This document shows positions 29,310 to 39,090 of a DNA stretch of 64,000 nt, one piece after another. The translations under genes were made by a program, and so were the position numbers. The notes under the pieces are model-generated. The model was not told where the DNA came from. It was given only the letters and a program-made list of their open reading frames with translations, and searched no databases. The stretch lies in NCBI GenBank assembly GCA_031409335.1, contig JANNWY010000193.1, positions 1-64,000 on the forward strand, written 5' to 3'. Position 1 is the stretch's first letter; every line of letters starts with the position of its first letter. The stretch comes from Chthoniobacteraceae bacterium. Lineage in GTDB: Bacteria; Verrucomicrobiota; Verrucomicrobiia; Chthoniobacterales; Chthoniobacteraceae.

Positions 29310-32300
29310 TCAGCGGGCGATGGGCTGCGGCAGGCGGAGGTAGGCGAAGAAATCGCGGAGTTCCTGATCGGTGAAACCGGCTAGCAAGCCTGCGGGCATC
29401 AAGCTTGCGGGGGCAGGGCGGACTTCGCGCAGGTCGGCGCGCGCGAGGCTCACGTCCTGGCCATCGAGACCCCGGAGCACGACGGCGGCGGTGTCTTGAT
29501 CGACCACGAATCCGCTGAGCATGCGACCGTCTTTCGTCGTGAGTAGTTGGTTCACGTAGCCTTCGCGAATCTCTGCGCTGGGATCGACGATGCTCGGGAG
29601 CAGCGTGCCGAGATCGTCGCGCTGATAGGCCGTGAGATCGGGGCCGATGCGACCGCCTTTGTGGAAAAGCGTGTGGCACATTTCGCAGCGCTGCGTGAAG
29701 AGCGGGCCGCCTTTGTAGGCGTCTCCGGGCGCGGCGGCGATGACGCGGCGCAGGCGGTCGATCTCGGCGTGATTTTCAGGTGCGGTGATCGTGGTGGGTT
29801 TGGCGAAAAGTTTTTCCGCGAGCGTGGCGATGGATTTGTCTTCGTGCTCGCGGAGCAGCGCGATGGTCGCGGGCGGGATCGCGGCGGCGGGGACGCTTCC
29901 GCTTTCGATGAGTTTCAGAAACGCGTGAGTCGATGCGGACCGGCTCGTGAGCAGGGTTTGCGCGGCGGGTTGCACTTCGGCGGGGAGCGCGGGGTAAAGG
30001 CGGACGACTTCTTCGCCGATCGTGGCGTCGTCGTAGAGCAGGAGTGAAGTGAGCGCGGCTTTGCGCAGCTCGGCTGATTTTGCGGAGGCGGTGAGTTTGA
30101 GCAGCGCCGACACGGACTCGGGCAATTTCACTTCGCCAAAAAGCCGCACGCACAACAGTCGCTCATCCAGCTTTGCATTTTCGTCAGTCGCGACTTTCAG
30201 CGCGGCGGCGATTGCCTCCGGCTCGCGCAGTCGCACCTGCAAATGCGGCGAAGCGACGCCGCTGCGGGCGAGCGCGTCGAGCAGCGGTTCGGGAAGCGGC
30301 GGGAGCGCGCGACCTTTGAACGCTTCCTCCAATCCAGCCATGAGCAGCTTGCGGTGTTCGAGGCCGGGCGCGGTGTCGAGCAGGCGCGCGCAGGTGAGCA
30401 GATCGGCGCGCGTGCCCGCGGCGGCGAAGCGGCGCATGAGCCGCGCGAGGAGGTGCTGCTTCGCCATCGCGGAATCCCACGGCAGATAGAATATGACGAC
30501 ATCGCGATCGTTGGCGCAGTGGGATTCGAGCGTCCACCAGCAAAGCAGGGGAATGCACGGGTCGGCGGCGTCGGCATCGCGGCGGAGGAGCGCGGTGATC
30601 AATATCATTGCGTCATGCGGAGACAGTCGGCGTGCGGTGGATGCAAACTGTGCCCGTACCTCGGCATCTGGTTCGATCTGTATCCGTATGAAACATATTT
30701 CCTCCAACTCAGTCGAAAGCTGCTTCGCATCACCCATGAGGCGGATGCCCCACATGCGCACCACCGGTTGCGGATGCGCCATCGCGCCGATCGCCGTTTT
30801 TTCATCCAGCGCCTCCATTTGGTGCAGCGCCCACAATGCTTCCAGCGCGGGATGTTGCGCCGGCTCGCGCAATGCCGCGCGCAGCGGCTCGACGCTCGCG
30901 GGATCGCGCCTTTCCCCGAGCAGCCGCACCGCCGTGTGACGATGCCACCGATTCGGATGCGCGAGCAGCGCGATGAGTTCCGCGCTCGTTTTCACCGCGA
31001 GATTCACGTCTTTTTCCAGCGGCATATTTTTCCCGCGAATGCGGTAGATGCGGCCCGTGCTGGGATCGAGCTGGCCCTGATAGTTCTGCCCGTGCGCGAT
31101 GTATTCTTCGTAGAAATCCGCGACGTAAATCGCACCGTCGGGCGCGTTCGTGAGATACACCGGGCGGAACGCCGGGTCCGCTCCGGCGAGCGCGATGCCG
31201 GTGTCGTTCGTCTCGAAAGTCGATCCGCGCGCGAAGCGTTCCGCGATCACGATATTCCGATGGAGCGGATCGGCGGCGAAGAAGCGGCCGGCGTATTGCG
31301 TGGGCAGCGCGGTGCCATCGGCGATGATCGTGGCGTGCGAAAAGCGCGCGATCGGGTGGCGGCTCTTCATCATGTCGATGTGGCCGAACGCGTACGGATG
31401 TCCGGTCGGCCCGAACTTTCCCGGATCGATGCCCTGCTTCAGCATCAGCGCGTTTTGCATGTAGTGAAATCCGCGCGTGTCGCCGCCATTGTGGCCGGAG
31501 AAGAGCCGGCCCTCCGAATCGAAATCCAGCTCGAACACATTGCCGCCGCCTTCCGCAAAAATCTCGTACGTCTTCGTCCGCGGATGGTAGCGCCAGACCA
31601 TGCAGCCTTCGTGATACAGGCCCGCGACGCGGCTCGTCGTGGTGCTGCCCTGCGCGCCGTAGAGCCAGCCGTCCGGCCCCCACGCGAGACCGTTCGCGAC
31701 GGAGTGCGTGTCTTCGAGGCCGAAACCCGCGAGCCGCACTTCGGGTTCGGGTGCGACGTCGTCGTGCGGGTTTGTGGGAAGGGGATAGAACATCAGATAC
31801 GGCGTCTGCATGACCCAAATCCCGCCGTGGCCCCAGAGCACTGCGTTCGCCATGTTTAGTCCGTCCATCACGGTTCTCGTTTTGTCGAAAACGCCGTCGC
31901 CATCCGTGTCCTCATGCACCGTGATGCGGTCGCGTCCCCGATCGTGATTTGGTGGAGGAGGCGGGACGCGATCATACTTCGAGCGGTAAAACTGATCGCG
32001 GCTCACCATCTTCACGCCCGCCGGATACGGATACTGCCGGTATTGCGCGACCCACATTCGCCCGCGTTCGTCGAAGCTGATGTGCGTCGGCTGCGCCACG
32101 TCCGGTTCGTTCGCGATGAGGTCCACGACGAGATCGGAAGCGGTCGTCATTTTCGCCAGCGACTCCGCGGGTGAAAGTCGCGCGCCTGGCATCTGCTCAG
32201 GGTTTGCGGACAGCGGCGTGGTCGAATGACGAAAACCCGCCTCGGTGAAAAACGCGGTCGGGGGCTGCGCGGCGACGGCTTTCAAATTTGCGGGCGCAGG

Positions 32301-32741
32301 CTCGCCCGCGTTCATTTCCCACGTGCCTTCCAGCAGCAGCTCGTCAAAATATCCGGCAAAGATTGGCGCGGCGTTCACGCGCTTGGCGGGATTTTCCAAA
32401 CGCAGGGCGAAGACGTTGAACGCCTTCTTTTCGAGAATGCCTTTCGGGACTTTGAAGCGCCGCCGCGCGTCGTTCGCGAGCGCATCGGCGCCGCCGATTT
32501 TTTGTCCGTTCAGCCAAACCGAAAACGGCCCGCTGATTGCGCCAAGACTCAGCGTCATCGAGTCGCGCCAGAGATCTCTTTCCTGCGGCGTCACCATCTC
32601 ATCCGGCACGCGCACGAAACACCGCAACCACACGGGACCGCTGGCTGGGAGATCGTTTGCGGTCGGGATGGTGACGGGCTGCCACGCGTGGGCGAGGAAG
32701 GGAAGTGCGGCAACCAGCGCGAAGACGGCGGGAAATTTCAT
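29310..32741 (-). CDS. PVC-type heme-binding CxxCH protein (beta-propeller, HEAT repeats, cytochrome c)
   Basis: Signal peptide; galactose-binding-like N-terminal region; FDERGRMWV, WGPDGWLYG; HEAT repeats; CEMCH...GPDLT...SLMPAGL. Confidence 0.88.
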   Translation of the reverse strand: MKFPAVFALVAALPFLAHAWQPVTIPTANDLPASGPVWLRCFVRVPDEMVTPQERDLWRDSMTLSLGAISGPFSVWLNGQKIGGADALANDARRRFKVPKGILEKKAFNVFALRLENPAKRVNAAPIFAGYFDELLLEGTWEMNAGEPAPANLKAVAAQPPTAFFTEAGFRHSTTPLSANPEQMPGARLSPAESLAKMTTASDLVVDLIANEPDVAQPTHISFDERGRMWVAQYRQYPYPAGVKMVSRDQFYRSKYDRVPPPPPNHDRGRDRITVHEDTDGDGVFDKTRTVMDGLNMANAVLWGHGGIWVMQTPYLMFYPLPTNPHDDVAPEPEVRLAGFGLEDTHSVANGLAWGPDGWLYGAQGSTTTSRVAGLYHEGCMVWRYHPRTKTYEIFAEGGGNVFELDFDSEGRLFSGHNGGDTRGFHYMQNALMLKQGIDPGKFGPTGHPYAFGHIDMMKSRHPIARFSHATIIADGTALPTQYAGRFFAADPLHRNIVIAERFARGSTFETNDTGIALAGADPAFRPVYLTNAPDGAIYVADFYEEYIAHGQNYQGQLDPSTGRIYRIRGKNMPLEKDVNLAVKTSAELIALLAHPNRWHRHTAVRLLGERRDPASVEPLRAALREPAQHPALEALWALHQMEALDEKTAIGAMAHPQPVVRMWGIRLMGDAKQLSTELEEICFIRIQIEPDAEVRAQFASTARRLSPHDAMILITALLRRDADAADPCIPLLCWWTLESHCANDRDVVIFYLPWDSAMAKQHLLARLMRRFAAAGTRADLLTCARLLDTAPGLEHRKLLMAGLEEAFKGRALPPLPEPLLDALARSGVASPHLQVRLREPEAIAAALKVATDENAKLDERLLCVRLFGEVKLPESVSALLKLTASAKSAELRKAALTSLLLYDDATIGEEVVRLYPALPAEVQPAAQTLLTSRSASTHAFLKLIESGSVPAAAIPPATIALLREHEDKSIATLAEKLFAKPTTITAPENHAEIDRLRRVIAAAPGDAYKGGPLFTQRCEMCHTLFHKGGRIGPDLTAYQRDDLGTLLPSIVDPSAEIREGYVNQLLTTKDGRMLSGFVVDQDTAAVVLRGLDGQDVSLARADLREVRPAPASLMPAGLLAGFTDQELRDFFAYLRLPQPIAR

Positions 32742-32790
32742 GGGGACTGGGCTGCCAGTGTGAACCCTGTGGCGCGGGGAATCTTGGACC

Positions 32791-34473
32791 TCAGCCGGGC
32801 CGATCGACTGGTGCGGCGAGAACGCTCCGCGCCATCGCGCGCCGGGCTGACCACAGCCGCGCGACGAGCCACATCATCACCAGCGCGCCGACCATCAGCC
32901 AAAAATAGAACGCGCGGGGAATCGCGCGGGCGACTTGGGCAGGGATATCGGCGATCGGGAGCAATGTGCCCGCGGCATAGACCGGCAGGCTGATCGGGGA
33001 AATCGCGATGAGCCACGAGGCGAGCGGCCTCAAGCGTTCGGTGATGCCAAACACCACTCCGAGCAAGATCGGCACGACGCCAATCAGGATGACCAAGAGC
33101 CCGACGGTGCGTCCGCCCTTTTGCTCGAGCAGCGCCTGAAAGCCGACGCCGCCCGTCACCATCACCATGATGAAAAAGCCGAGGTCGCGCAGTGGCAGCG
33201 AGTAGCCGGGAAACCAGTGGCTTTCCACCAAAGCGCGGGAAAACATGAACCAGCCTGCCGCTCCGGCGATGGCCATGATCGCGACCCACCAAAAGGCCGT
33301 GGCGGCATCCGCGAGCAGCGGGAGGGCTGACGCTCCTTGTTTGCGCGCGCGACGCCAGCCGCGGATCTGATTTTCCGCCGATGGCGTGATGATGCCCGCC
33401 AGCACAAAGATCAGCGCCATCGTGACGAGACCGTAAACTCCCGAAAGCGCGACGGCTTCCATCGGGTCCGGATCCCAATTCGGCCCGATGCGGATCATGC
33501 GCATGAAGGCGCGCGAGGGAAAAAGGTTGCCGGGTTCGATGAGCGGCAGCGCATTTCCGAGCAGGACGATTTGCACCCAGATGAAAAAGCCGGTGGCCCA
33601 GATTTTTCCCAAAAGATGCGACTCCGCGCGCCGCCATTTCCGGCAGAGCATGATGATGAAAGTGAGGATGAAGCCGCCTTGCGAAAAGGCGGTGAAGACG
33701 GCTTCGGAAAAATCGAGGCCGAAAAATTTCACCGTCGGGAAGAGCCGCTCGGCGAGCCTTGAGAATCTTGCGGCGTCAGACGGAAGAATGCCGGGAAGGC
33801 TTTCCTCAAAAACGGGCGTGATGGTGAGGTACTTGAAAAAGACGAGGCCGAATTTCGCGGTCTGCGGGATGACGGTGTAGAGCGCGAAGACAAGGGCGAT
33901 GGAGACAAGAAAGGCCCAGCGGCGATTGCGCACGACGGTGCCGGTGACGAGGCCGGTGAAGTGGTAGAGCAGCGTGGATGAAATCATGACGCTGTAGAGC
34001 GGCAGCCAGACATGCCAGTTCACCTCGCCGCGCCAGAGCGACCATGCGGTGAATGGCAGCGTTGTGAGAAACAGGACGTATTCGCGGACCGGGAGGCCGA
34101 CTAGGTAGCCGATGACTTTCGACAACGGCGACATCGGGATGAGTCGCTGGTAGTCGATCACACCTTCATCGCGCTCCGCTGTCATGCCGCCCGCGACCTG
34201 CGCCGTGCCAACGACAAATAGGATGAGGCCCTGGAAAACGAGCAGCGGAATTATGCCCAGGCGCGCCCCATCCGCCGGGGTCAGGTGCTGGTTTTCGCCG
34301 ATGGTATGCACGAGCGCGACGATGAAGCCGCAGACAATCACGACGGTCAGCAGCGAAATTCCGAGGCCCTGCAATCGCAGGCGCGACTGGCAGTAGCGGC
34401 GGAAGATCGGATTCACCCAGAAATTCCAGGCGGAATGCCGGACTGGTGCGGCGAGGGATGCGGCTGAGTTCAT
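32791..34473 (-). CDS. Multi-pass membrane protein (ABC-2 permease-like)
   Basis: NPIFRR...RLR, ERDEGVIDYQRLIPMSP..K..G motif; many TM segments. Confidence 0.7.
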   Translation of the reverse strand: MNSAASLAAPVRHSAWNFWVNPIFRRYCQSRLRLQGLGISLLTVVIVCGFIVALVHTIGENQHLTPADGARLGIIPLLVFQGLILFVVGTAQVAGGMTAERDEGVIDYQRLIPMSPLSKVIGYLVGLPVREYVLFLTTLPFTAWSLWRGEVNWHVWLPLYSVMISSTLLYHFTGLVTGTVVRNRRWAFLVSIALVFALYTVIPQTAKFGLVFFKYLTITPVFEESLPGILPSDAARFSRLAERLFPTVKFFGLDFSEAVFTAFSQGGFILTFIIMLCRKWRRAESHLLGKIWATGFFIWVQIVLLGNALPLIEPGNLFPSRAFMRMIRIGPNWDPDPMEAVALSGVYGLVTMALIFVLAGIITPSAENQIRGWRRARKQGASALPLLADAATAFWWVAIMAIAGAAGWFMFSRALVESHWFPGYSLPLRDLGFFIMVMVTGGVGFQALLEQKGGRTVGLLVILIGVVPILLGVVFGITERLRPLASWLIAISPISLPVYAAGTLLPIADIPAQVARAIPRAFYFWLMVGALVMMWLVARLWSARRAMARSVLAAPVDRPG

Positions 34474-34530
34474 GGGCGGCGGTCGTTGTCTGCCACCATC
34501 CGCCGCCGTGCAACGCTCAACGTTCGCTGA

Positions 34531-35139
34531 TCATTTTTCCAGGACTTCGTAATACCGCAATTCGAGACCGGCGATGGTGACGGCTGCTTCGCGCGTCGGC
34601 ATGTCGGGCGGCGTTTCCACCCGCGCCGCGGCGGTCAGCAGGATCTGACCTTTGTGCGCGATGTCTTCGCCAAGTTTCGCGGCGAGATTCACTTCGCTTC
34701 CCTGGACGTGGCCGGGGCCGATGCACAGGATTTCGCCAAAGCCGATGCCGATGGAACAGAATAGTCGCTCGTCTTCCGGCAGCGTTTCATTCGTTGCCAC
34801 CGCGCGGGCGCTGGCCGCGCGACTCGCGGCGATGGCGTCGCCGGGCGTGGCAAAAAGGTAGAGCAAATTGTCCGCGTTCGCCTCGATGAATTCCCCGCCG
34901 TGCTCGCGAAAACACGGATCGCAGATGCGCCGGGTCCGGTGAATCATCAAGAGAAACGCGACGATCCCGAGCCGGTGCGTGGTGCGCGTGAAGCCGCACA
35001 TGTCGAGAACGAGAACCGCTTTTCGGCGCGAGTACCCGGCGTGAATCCGCGCGGTGATTTCGCCGCGGCGGTCGGGAAATTCGATCATCTCATCGAGCAG
35101 CCGCTCGAAGTCGGGAGGAATGTCGGAGCGCGCAGCCAT
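34531..35139 (-). CDS. Stand-alone class III nucleotidyl cyclase domain protein
   Basis: VLVLDMCGFT, ADNLL, SIGIGFGE, GSEVNLAAKLGED. Confidence 0.85.
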   Translation of the reverse strand: MAARSDIPPDFERLLDEMIEFPDRRGEITARIHAGYSRRKAVLVLDMCGFTRTTHRLGIVAFLLMIHRTRRICDPCFREHGGEFIEANADNLLYLFATPGDAIAASRAASARAVATNETLPEDERLFCSIGIGFGEILCIGPGHVQGSEVNLAAKLGEDIAHKGQILLTAAARVETPPDMPTREAAVTIAGLELRYYEVLEK

Positions 35140-35229
35140 TGCTCACTTTTGTAGTGCTTCGCCCCGCACAACGTCGAGCCGCCAGCACTCACTGGACACG
35201 GCGCGACTTCACCGCTTTTCTCTGCGCAC

Positions 35230-35520
35230 ATGGCCGCGCGCAACTATACCAAAATTTTCTCCATCGCTGGCATCGTCCTTGGCGAAATCTACATGCTCTA
35301 CGCCGTGCTCGCGCCGTATCGCAAAGGGCCGCCCATTCCCATCAGCGTCCCGATGCCGCCCGACACGCTGCCGATCGACGCCGTCGTTCCGCTCTGGGCG
35401 CTGGTTTTGAAATTGGGACTTAGTTCGGTCTTCTTCGGCCTCTTTGGCGCGCTGGTGGGTTTGGGAATCGGCCTGCTCGTCACCGGCCTGATGCAGAAAC
35501 GCCAGCCGCCAGCGAACTGA
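35230..35520 (+). CDS. Small hypothetical membrane protein
   Basis: 96 aa, two hydrophobic segments around a Pro-rich loop; overlaps the 3' end of the convergent gene. Confidence 0.65.
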   Translation: MAARNYTKIFSIAGIVLGEIYMLYAVLAPYRKGPPIPISVPMPPDTLPIDAVVPLWALVLKLGLSSVFFGLFGALVGLGIGLLVTGLMQKRQPPAN

Positions 35521-36214
35521 CCGCGGCTTCGAGTCGCGCCGTGATTTCCATCCAGCCGCGGCGATCATCGGAATGGTCGGTGAACGTGAGCGGCTCGCCG
35601 ATGTGCAGCGTCAGTCGCACGGGCTTCGGCGCGCGGCTGCCCGGCGGCAGCGCGCGGAAGGCGCCATCGAGATAACACGGCACCACCGGCACGCCGGTCC
35701 CGGCGACCATGCGACCGAGCCCTGGCTTGAACGCGCCCATCTTTCCATCGCGCGTCCGGGTTCCCTCGGGAAAGAGAATGTAGATCGCCGGCTCGCCGAC
35801 GAGTCGTTCGCGCAATTCATCGAGCGCGTGGGTGCCGCAGCGTTTGCGCCACATCGGCAGCGCATTCAGCGCGAGCGCGGAGAAGAAGGAGGACGCGGTG
35901 GTTTGAAAAAACACGTCGCCCGCCGCGATCGGGAATGCGCGCTGGCGCAAATGCCACGGCAGCGCGGCTGCGAGCGTGAGCGCGTCGAGATGGCTGGAGT
36001 GATTCGCGATCACTACGAAAGGCGCGGTGCGCGGCATCCGCTGGCCGCCGATGACGGTGAGCCGGTGATAGATTTTCAGATAACTCCGCGCCGCAAAACG
36101 CCACGCCGCCTGCGCGAGAAAGGCGAGCAATCCGATCTCGCGCTGGAGACTTTTCAGGCGCTCATCGGGCGGGAGATGGCGGTCGCGCGCGGGCTGGTAA
36201 TTCCAATCGTCCAT
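35480..36214 (-). CDS. Lysophospholipid acyltransferase (PlsC family)
   Basis: NHSSHLD (HxxxxD) and FPEGTRT motifs. Confidence 0.92.
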   Translation of the reverse strand: MDDWNYQPARDRHLPPDERLKSLQREIGLLAFLAQAAWRFAARSYLKIYHRLTVIGGQRMPRTAPFVVIANHSSHLDALTLAAALPWHLRQRAFPIAAGDVFFQTTASSFFSALALNALPMWRKRCGTHALDELRERLVGEPAIYILFPEGTRTRDGKMGAFKPGLGRMVAGTGVPVVPCYLDGAFRALPPGSRAPKPVRLTLHIGEPLTFTDHSDDRRGWMEITARLEAAVSSLAAGVSASGR

Positions 36215-36221
36215 TACCGAT

Positions 36222-36312
36222 CCCTCCTGCTCCTGCTCCTGCTCCTGCTCTTGATCTTCTGTAGGTGGCGATCGGAGGGATTAAGATCAAGAGCAAGATC
36301 AAGAGCAGGATT
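36222..36312. repeat. Intergenic hexamer tandem repeats in inverted arrangement
   Basis: (CTCCTG)x4 CTCTTGATCTT facing AAGATCAAGAGCAAGATCAAGAGCAGGA; 16-bp perfect IR. Confidence 0.85.
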
Positions 36313-36329
36313 GCGGATTGTGGAGCGAA

Positions 36330-37262
36330 TCATATTCCGCCGAAGAAACGGATGTAGTGAAACATCGCTGGACCGACAAAAAGCAAACTGTCGAAACGAT
36401 CCAGCAATCCACCGTGGCCGGGGATCGTCGTGGCCATGTCCTTGATGCCGAGATCGCGCTTGATGCTCGACATCACGAGATCGCCGCACTGCCCGGTGAG
36501 CGAGAGCAGCGCGCCGAGGGTGATGAGGTGAATCGGCTGATCGAGCGCGGTGCCCGCGAAGATGAAATGCGCGAGCGTGGCGAACAGCGCAGTCGTCAAC
36601 ACCAGCGCGCCGAGCGCACCGCCGATGGTTTTTTTCGGACTGGTCTGCGGCGCGAGTTTTCGCCGGCCAAACGCCTTGCCGGTGCAGTAGGCGAAGATGT
36701 CGTTCAGCTCCACGCAGAGCAGAATGGCGAGCTGGATGGCTGCGCCGGATTTGGCATTCGCGAGATAGGAAAAATGGCCGAGGCAAACGCCGAACAGCAG
36801 GAAGCAGAAAATGCCAAGCGCGACGCGTTGAATGTAGCCTTTCGGACTGTCCGCAAACAGCGCGCCGATCACGATCGCGCACACGCACAGCGACGTGAGG
36901 GCGTGAAAGACTCCGTACCATTGCGCCGCGATCGCGAACGTGATGAGCAACCCGCCGAGCGACACGATGCCGCTCACCGCGCGGTGCCGGAACAGGCCGA
37001 TCACGCGCGCAAATTCCCGATAACAAACTGCCGTGAGCACGAGCACGCCAAGGATCGCGGGAAGCCGCCCTGCGAGCAGCGGCACGACCATCAGCGGCGC
37101 GAGCACGAGCCACGATCGGTAGCGCGTCCACAGGTCGCCGCGCAGTTCGGGTGAAAGTTTTCCCGCAGTTTGCAGCGCGAGAAAAATCAGCGGCGTGAGC
37201 GCGAGCGCGGCGGCGATCCCAGCGGCGATCCAGAACGCGACGGGATGGATTCCGAGAATCAT
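36330..37262 (-). CDS. Phosphatidate cytidylyltransferase family protein (YnbB-like)
   Basis: LNDIFAY..GK.FG, SPKKTIGG, GDLVMSSIKRDLGIKD...IPGHGGLLDRFDS. Confidence 0.93.
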   Translation of the reverse strand: MILGIHPVAFWIAAGIAAALALTPLIFLALQTAGKLSPELRGDLWTRYRSWLVLAPLMVVPLLAGRLPAILGVLVLTAVCYREFARVIGLFRHRAVSGIVSLGGLLITFAIAAQWYGVFHALTSLCVCAIVIGALFADSPKGYIQRVALGIFCFLLFGVCLGHFSYLANAKSGAAIQLAILLCVELNDIFAYCTGKAFGRRKLAPQTSPKKTIGGALGALVLTTALFATLAHFIFAGTALDQPIHLITLGALLSLTGQCGDLVMSSIKRDLGIKDMATTIPGHGGLLDRFDSLLFVGPAMFHYIRFFGGI

Positions 37263-37299
37263 TTCACTCCTCTTCCGCGTGGATCATCCACCCCGCGCT

Positions 37300-37854
37300 T
37301 CAGAAACGAATCTCCCGCGGAAAATCCGGGCACAGCTTCGACGATTTTTGCCCGCGCGAATTTGCGCCGGTATAAAAAATCATCCGGCCATCGCGGTCGC
37401 ACAGCCAGACTTCGCGGGCGCCCGCGGCAAAATACAGCGCGCGTTTTTCCGCCATCTCGATCGTTGTGTTATCCGGTGAAAGCACTTCGACGCAAATTTC
37501 CGGGGCGGCGGTCAACAGGCTTTGGCGATGCGTCGTGGTAAACCGCGCACGGGAAGCCCACGCCACGTCCGCACCTTTCACACCGTCCGCAGTTGAGACG
37601 GGGCACTCGGTTATCACTCGTCCTTCCGGCAGCAGGGTGCGGAGAAGGTATGCGATCTCTGATTGAAAGTTGCCGTGGGAAGGACCGGGAGGTGGGAGCA
37701 TAACGATGTGGCCGTGACGATCGGTTTCAATGCGACCGCGCACCTTCGCCAGATCGCTGAGAATGTGGGGATCGGTGCGCAGGCGCGACCAGCAACGCAT
37801 GTTGAACGCCGTTTGCTTGGCCTGCGCCGGGAGATCGATGGTCAGTGTCGGCAT
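37300..37854 (-). CDS. Uma2 family endonuclease
   Basis: ECPVSTADGVKGADVAW, APEICVEVLSPDN, K..LYFAAGAREVW. Confidence 0.9.
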   Translation of the reverse strand: MPTLTIDLPAQAKQTAFNMRCWSRLRTDPHILSDLAKVRGRIETDRHGHIVMLPPPGPSHGNFQSEIAYLLRTLLPEGRVITECPVSTADGVKGADVAWASRARFTTTHRQSLLTAAPEICVEVLSPDNTTIEMAEKRALYFAAGAREVWLCDRDGRMIFYTGANSRGQKSSKLCPDFPREIRF

Positions 37855-37908
37855 GGGAAACGGATACGCTGTTTCGACTTTCTTGCCAACAGCGCAGCGA
37901 GCCGCAAA

Positions 37909-38583
37909 TCAGCGCGCCGTTTTCCCTCGCAAAAACGCCGCGATCCGCGCCATGCGCCGCCATGCGGTGATGACGCAGCCAACGGTCACAAACCACAGCG
38001 CGATTTCCATCAAAGGCAGCGGCTCCACTCCCGCGCGCGAACGCATCTCCGGCACTGCTGCCAGCACCAGTGCGGCCAGCGTCATCACAAACATCCGATG
38101 CGGCTTCGCCTGCGGACCGATGAAAATCTGCCCCGCGCCCACGCTCGCCCCCAGCGCCCGCACATACGCGACAAACACCGCCGCGAGCGCCGCCCCGAAT
38201 CCCAGCATCGCATCGCTCCCCGCCGCGAACCCTGCGCCAATAAAGATCGCCGCATCCGCCACACGATCCGGCGCTTCATTCCAAAGCTCGCCGGTCGGTC
38301 CACCCTTGCTGCCTTCCACCGCCACCATGCCGTCGAGCATGTTTGCCAGCAGTCGCATTTGGATGAAAAACGCCGCGCCCAGCCAGTGCAGCCGCAGCGG
38401 CCAATCTGCCCAATCCTTCGTCCCGGAAAACGACAGCGCGGCGAGAATCGCAAACACGATGCTCAGAAACGAAATCGCATTTGGCGAAATGCCGGCACGC
38501 ACGCACCACGCAGCGAGTGCGCGGAAAAGTGGCACGTCGCGGCTTTTGAGCGGACGACGACTGGCGGGATTCGCGTCACTCAT
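37909..38583 (-). CDS. CDP-alcohol phosphatidyltransferase family protein (YnbA-like)
   Basis: ISPNAIS, RLLANMLDGMVAVE...G..WNE.PDRVAD. Confidence 0.9.
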   Translation of the reverse strand: MSDANPASRRPLKSRDVPLFRALAAWCVRAGISPNAISFLSIVFAILAALSFSGTKDWADWPLRLHWLGAAFFIQMRLLANMLDGMVAVEGSKGGPTGELWNEAPDRVADAAIFIGAGFAAGSDAMLGFGAALAAVFVAYVRALGASVGAGQIFIGPQAKPHRMFVMTLAALVLAAVPEMRSRAGVEPLPLMEIALWFVTVGCVITAWRRMARIAAFLRGKTAR

Positions 38584-38593
38584 CGCGTGATCG

Positions 38594-38989
38594 CTACCCT
38601 TTCAGCGAACGCCACGGCTCCTCCGTCGAGTGATCCACGCTGAATGGCCCCGTGATTTTCGACGGCGTCAGGATCGCGAGAAATTTGCACTGCGCGTGGC
38701 TCTCGTTGTAGCAGCCATGCACGACGCCGCGCGGGATGAGCAGACTGTCACCCGGTTTCATGATCCGCTTTTCCTGCTCGATCCACTGCTCCATTTCGCC
38801 TTCGAGAATGTAGATGATTTCATCCATCTCCGGGTGCGTATGAAACGGATGCCCCGCCCCGTGCTCAATGTGCGCGCGGACAAACACGAGCGAGTCGGCG
38901 TCACTCAGACCATCCTTGAAATACCAGTGATTGATCTGACCGGGAAGTTCCTGGTTTTCGGTTTCATCGGCGGACACAAAGCGGCGCAT
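38594..38989 (-). CDS. Cupin domain protein
   Basis: HPFHTHPEMDEIIYILEG...PRGVVH. Confidence 0.9.
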   Translation of the reverse strand: MRRFVSADETENQELPGQINHWYFKDGLSDADSLVFVRAHIEHGAGHPFHTHPEMDEIIYILEGEMEQWIEQEKRIMKPGDSLLIPRGVVHGCYNESHAQCKFLAILTPSKITGPFSVDHSTEEPWRSLKG

Positions 38990-39082
38990 GGAATTTAGGA
39001 TTTAGGATTTAGGAATTAGGATTTATCCCTCCTTCGTGTGCCAGCACCCGCGCCCCACGCAAATCCTAAATCCTAATTCTTC
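38990..39082. repeat. Intergenic heptamer tandem repeats (ATTTAGG) with inverted copy
   Basis: gaatttaggatttaggatttaggaattaggattt ... aaatcctaaatcctaattct. Confidence 0.85.
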
Positions 39083-39090
39083 ATTCCCAA

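Noticed and set aside
30600..30720. Diversity-generating retroelement variable region
   Set aside because: No reverse transcriptase and no template-repeat copy seen in the window.
27739..39082. CRISPR arrays at the short repeat clusters
   Set aside because: Units are 6-7 bp tandem repeats without unique spacers, and no cas genes are present.
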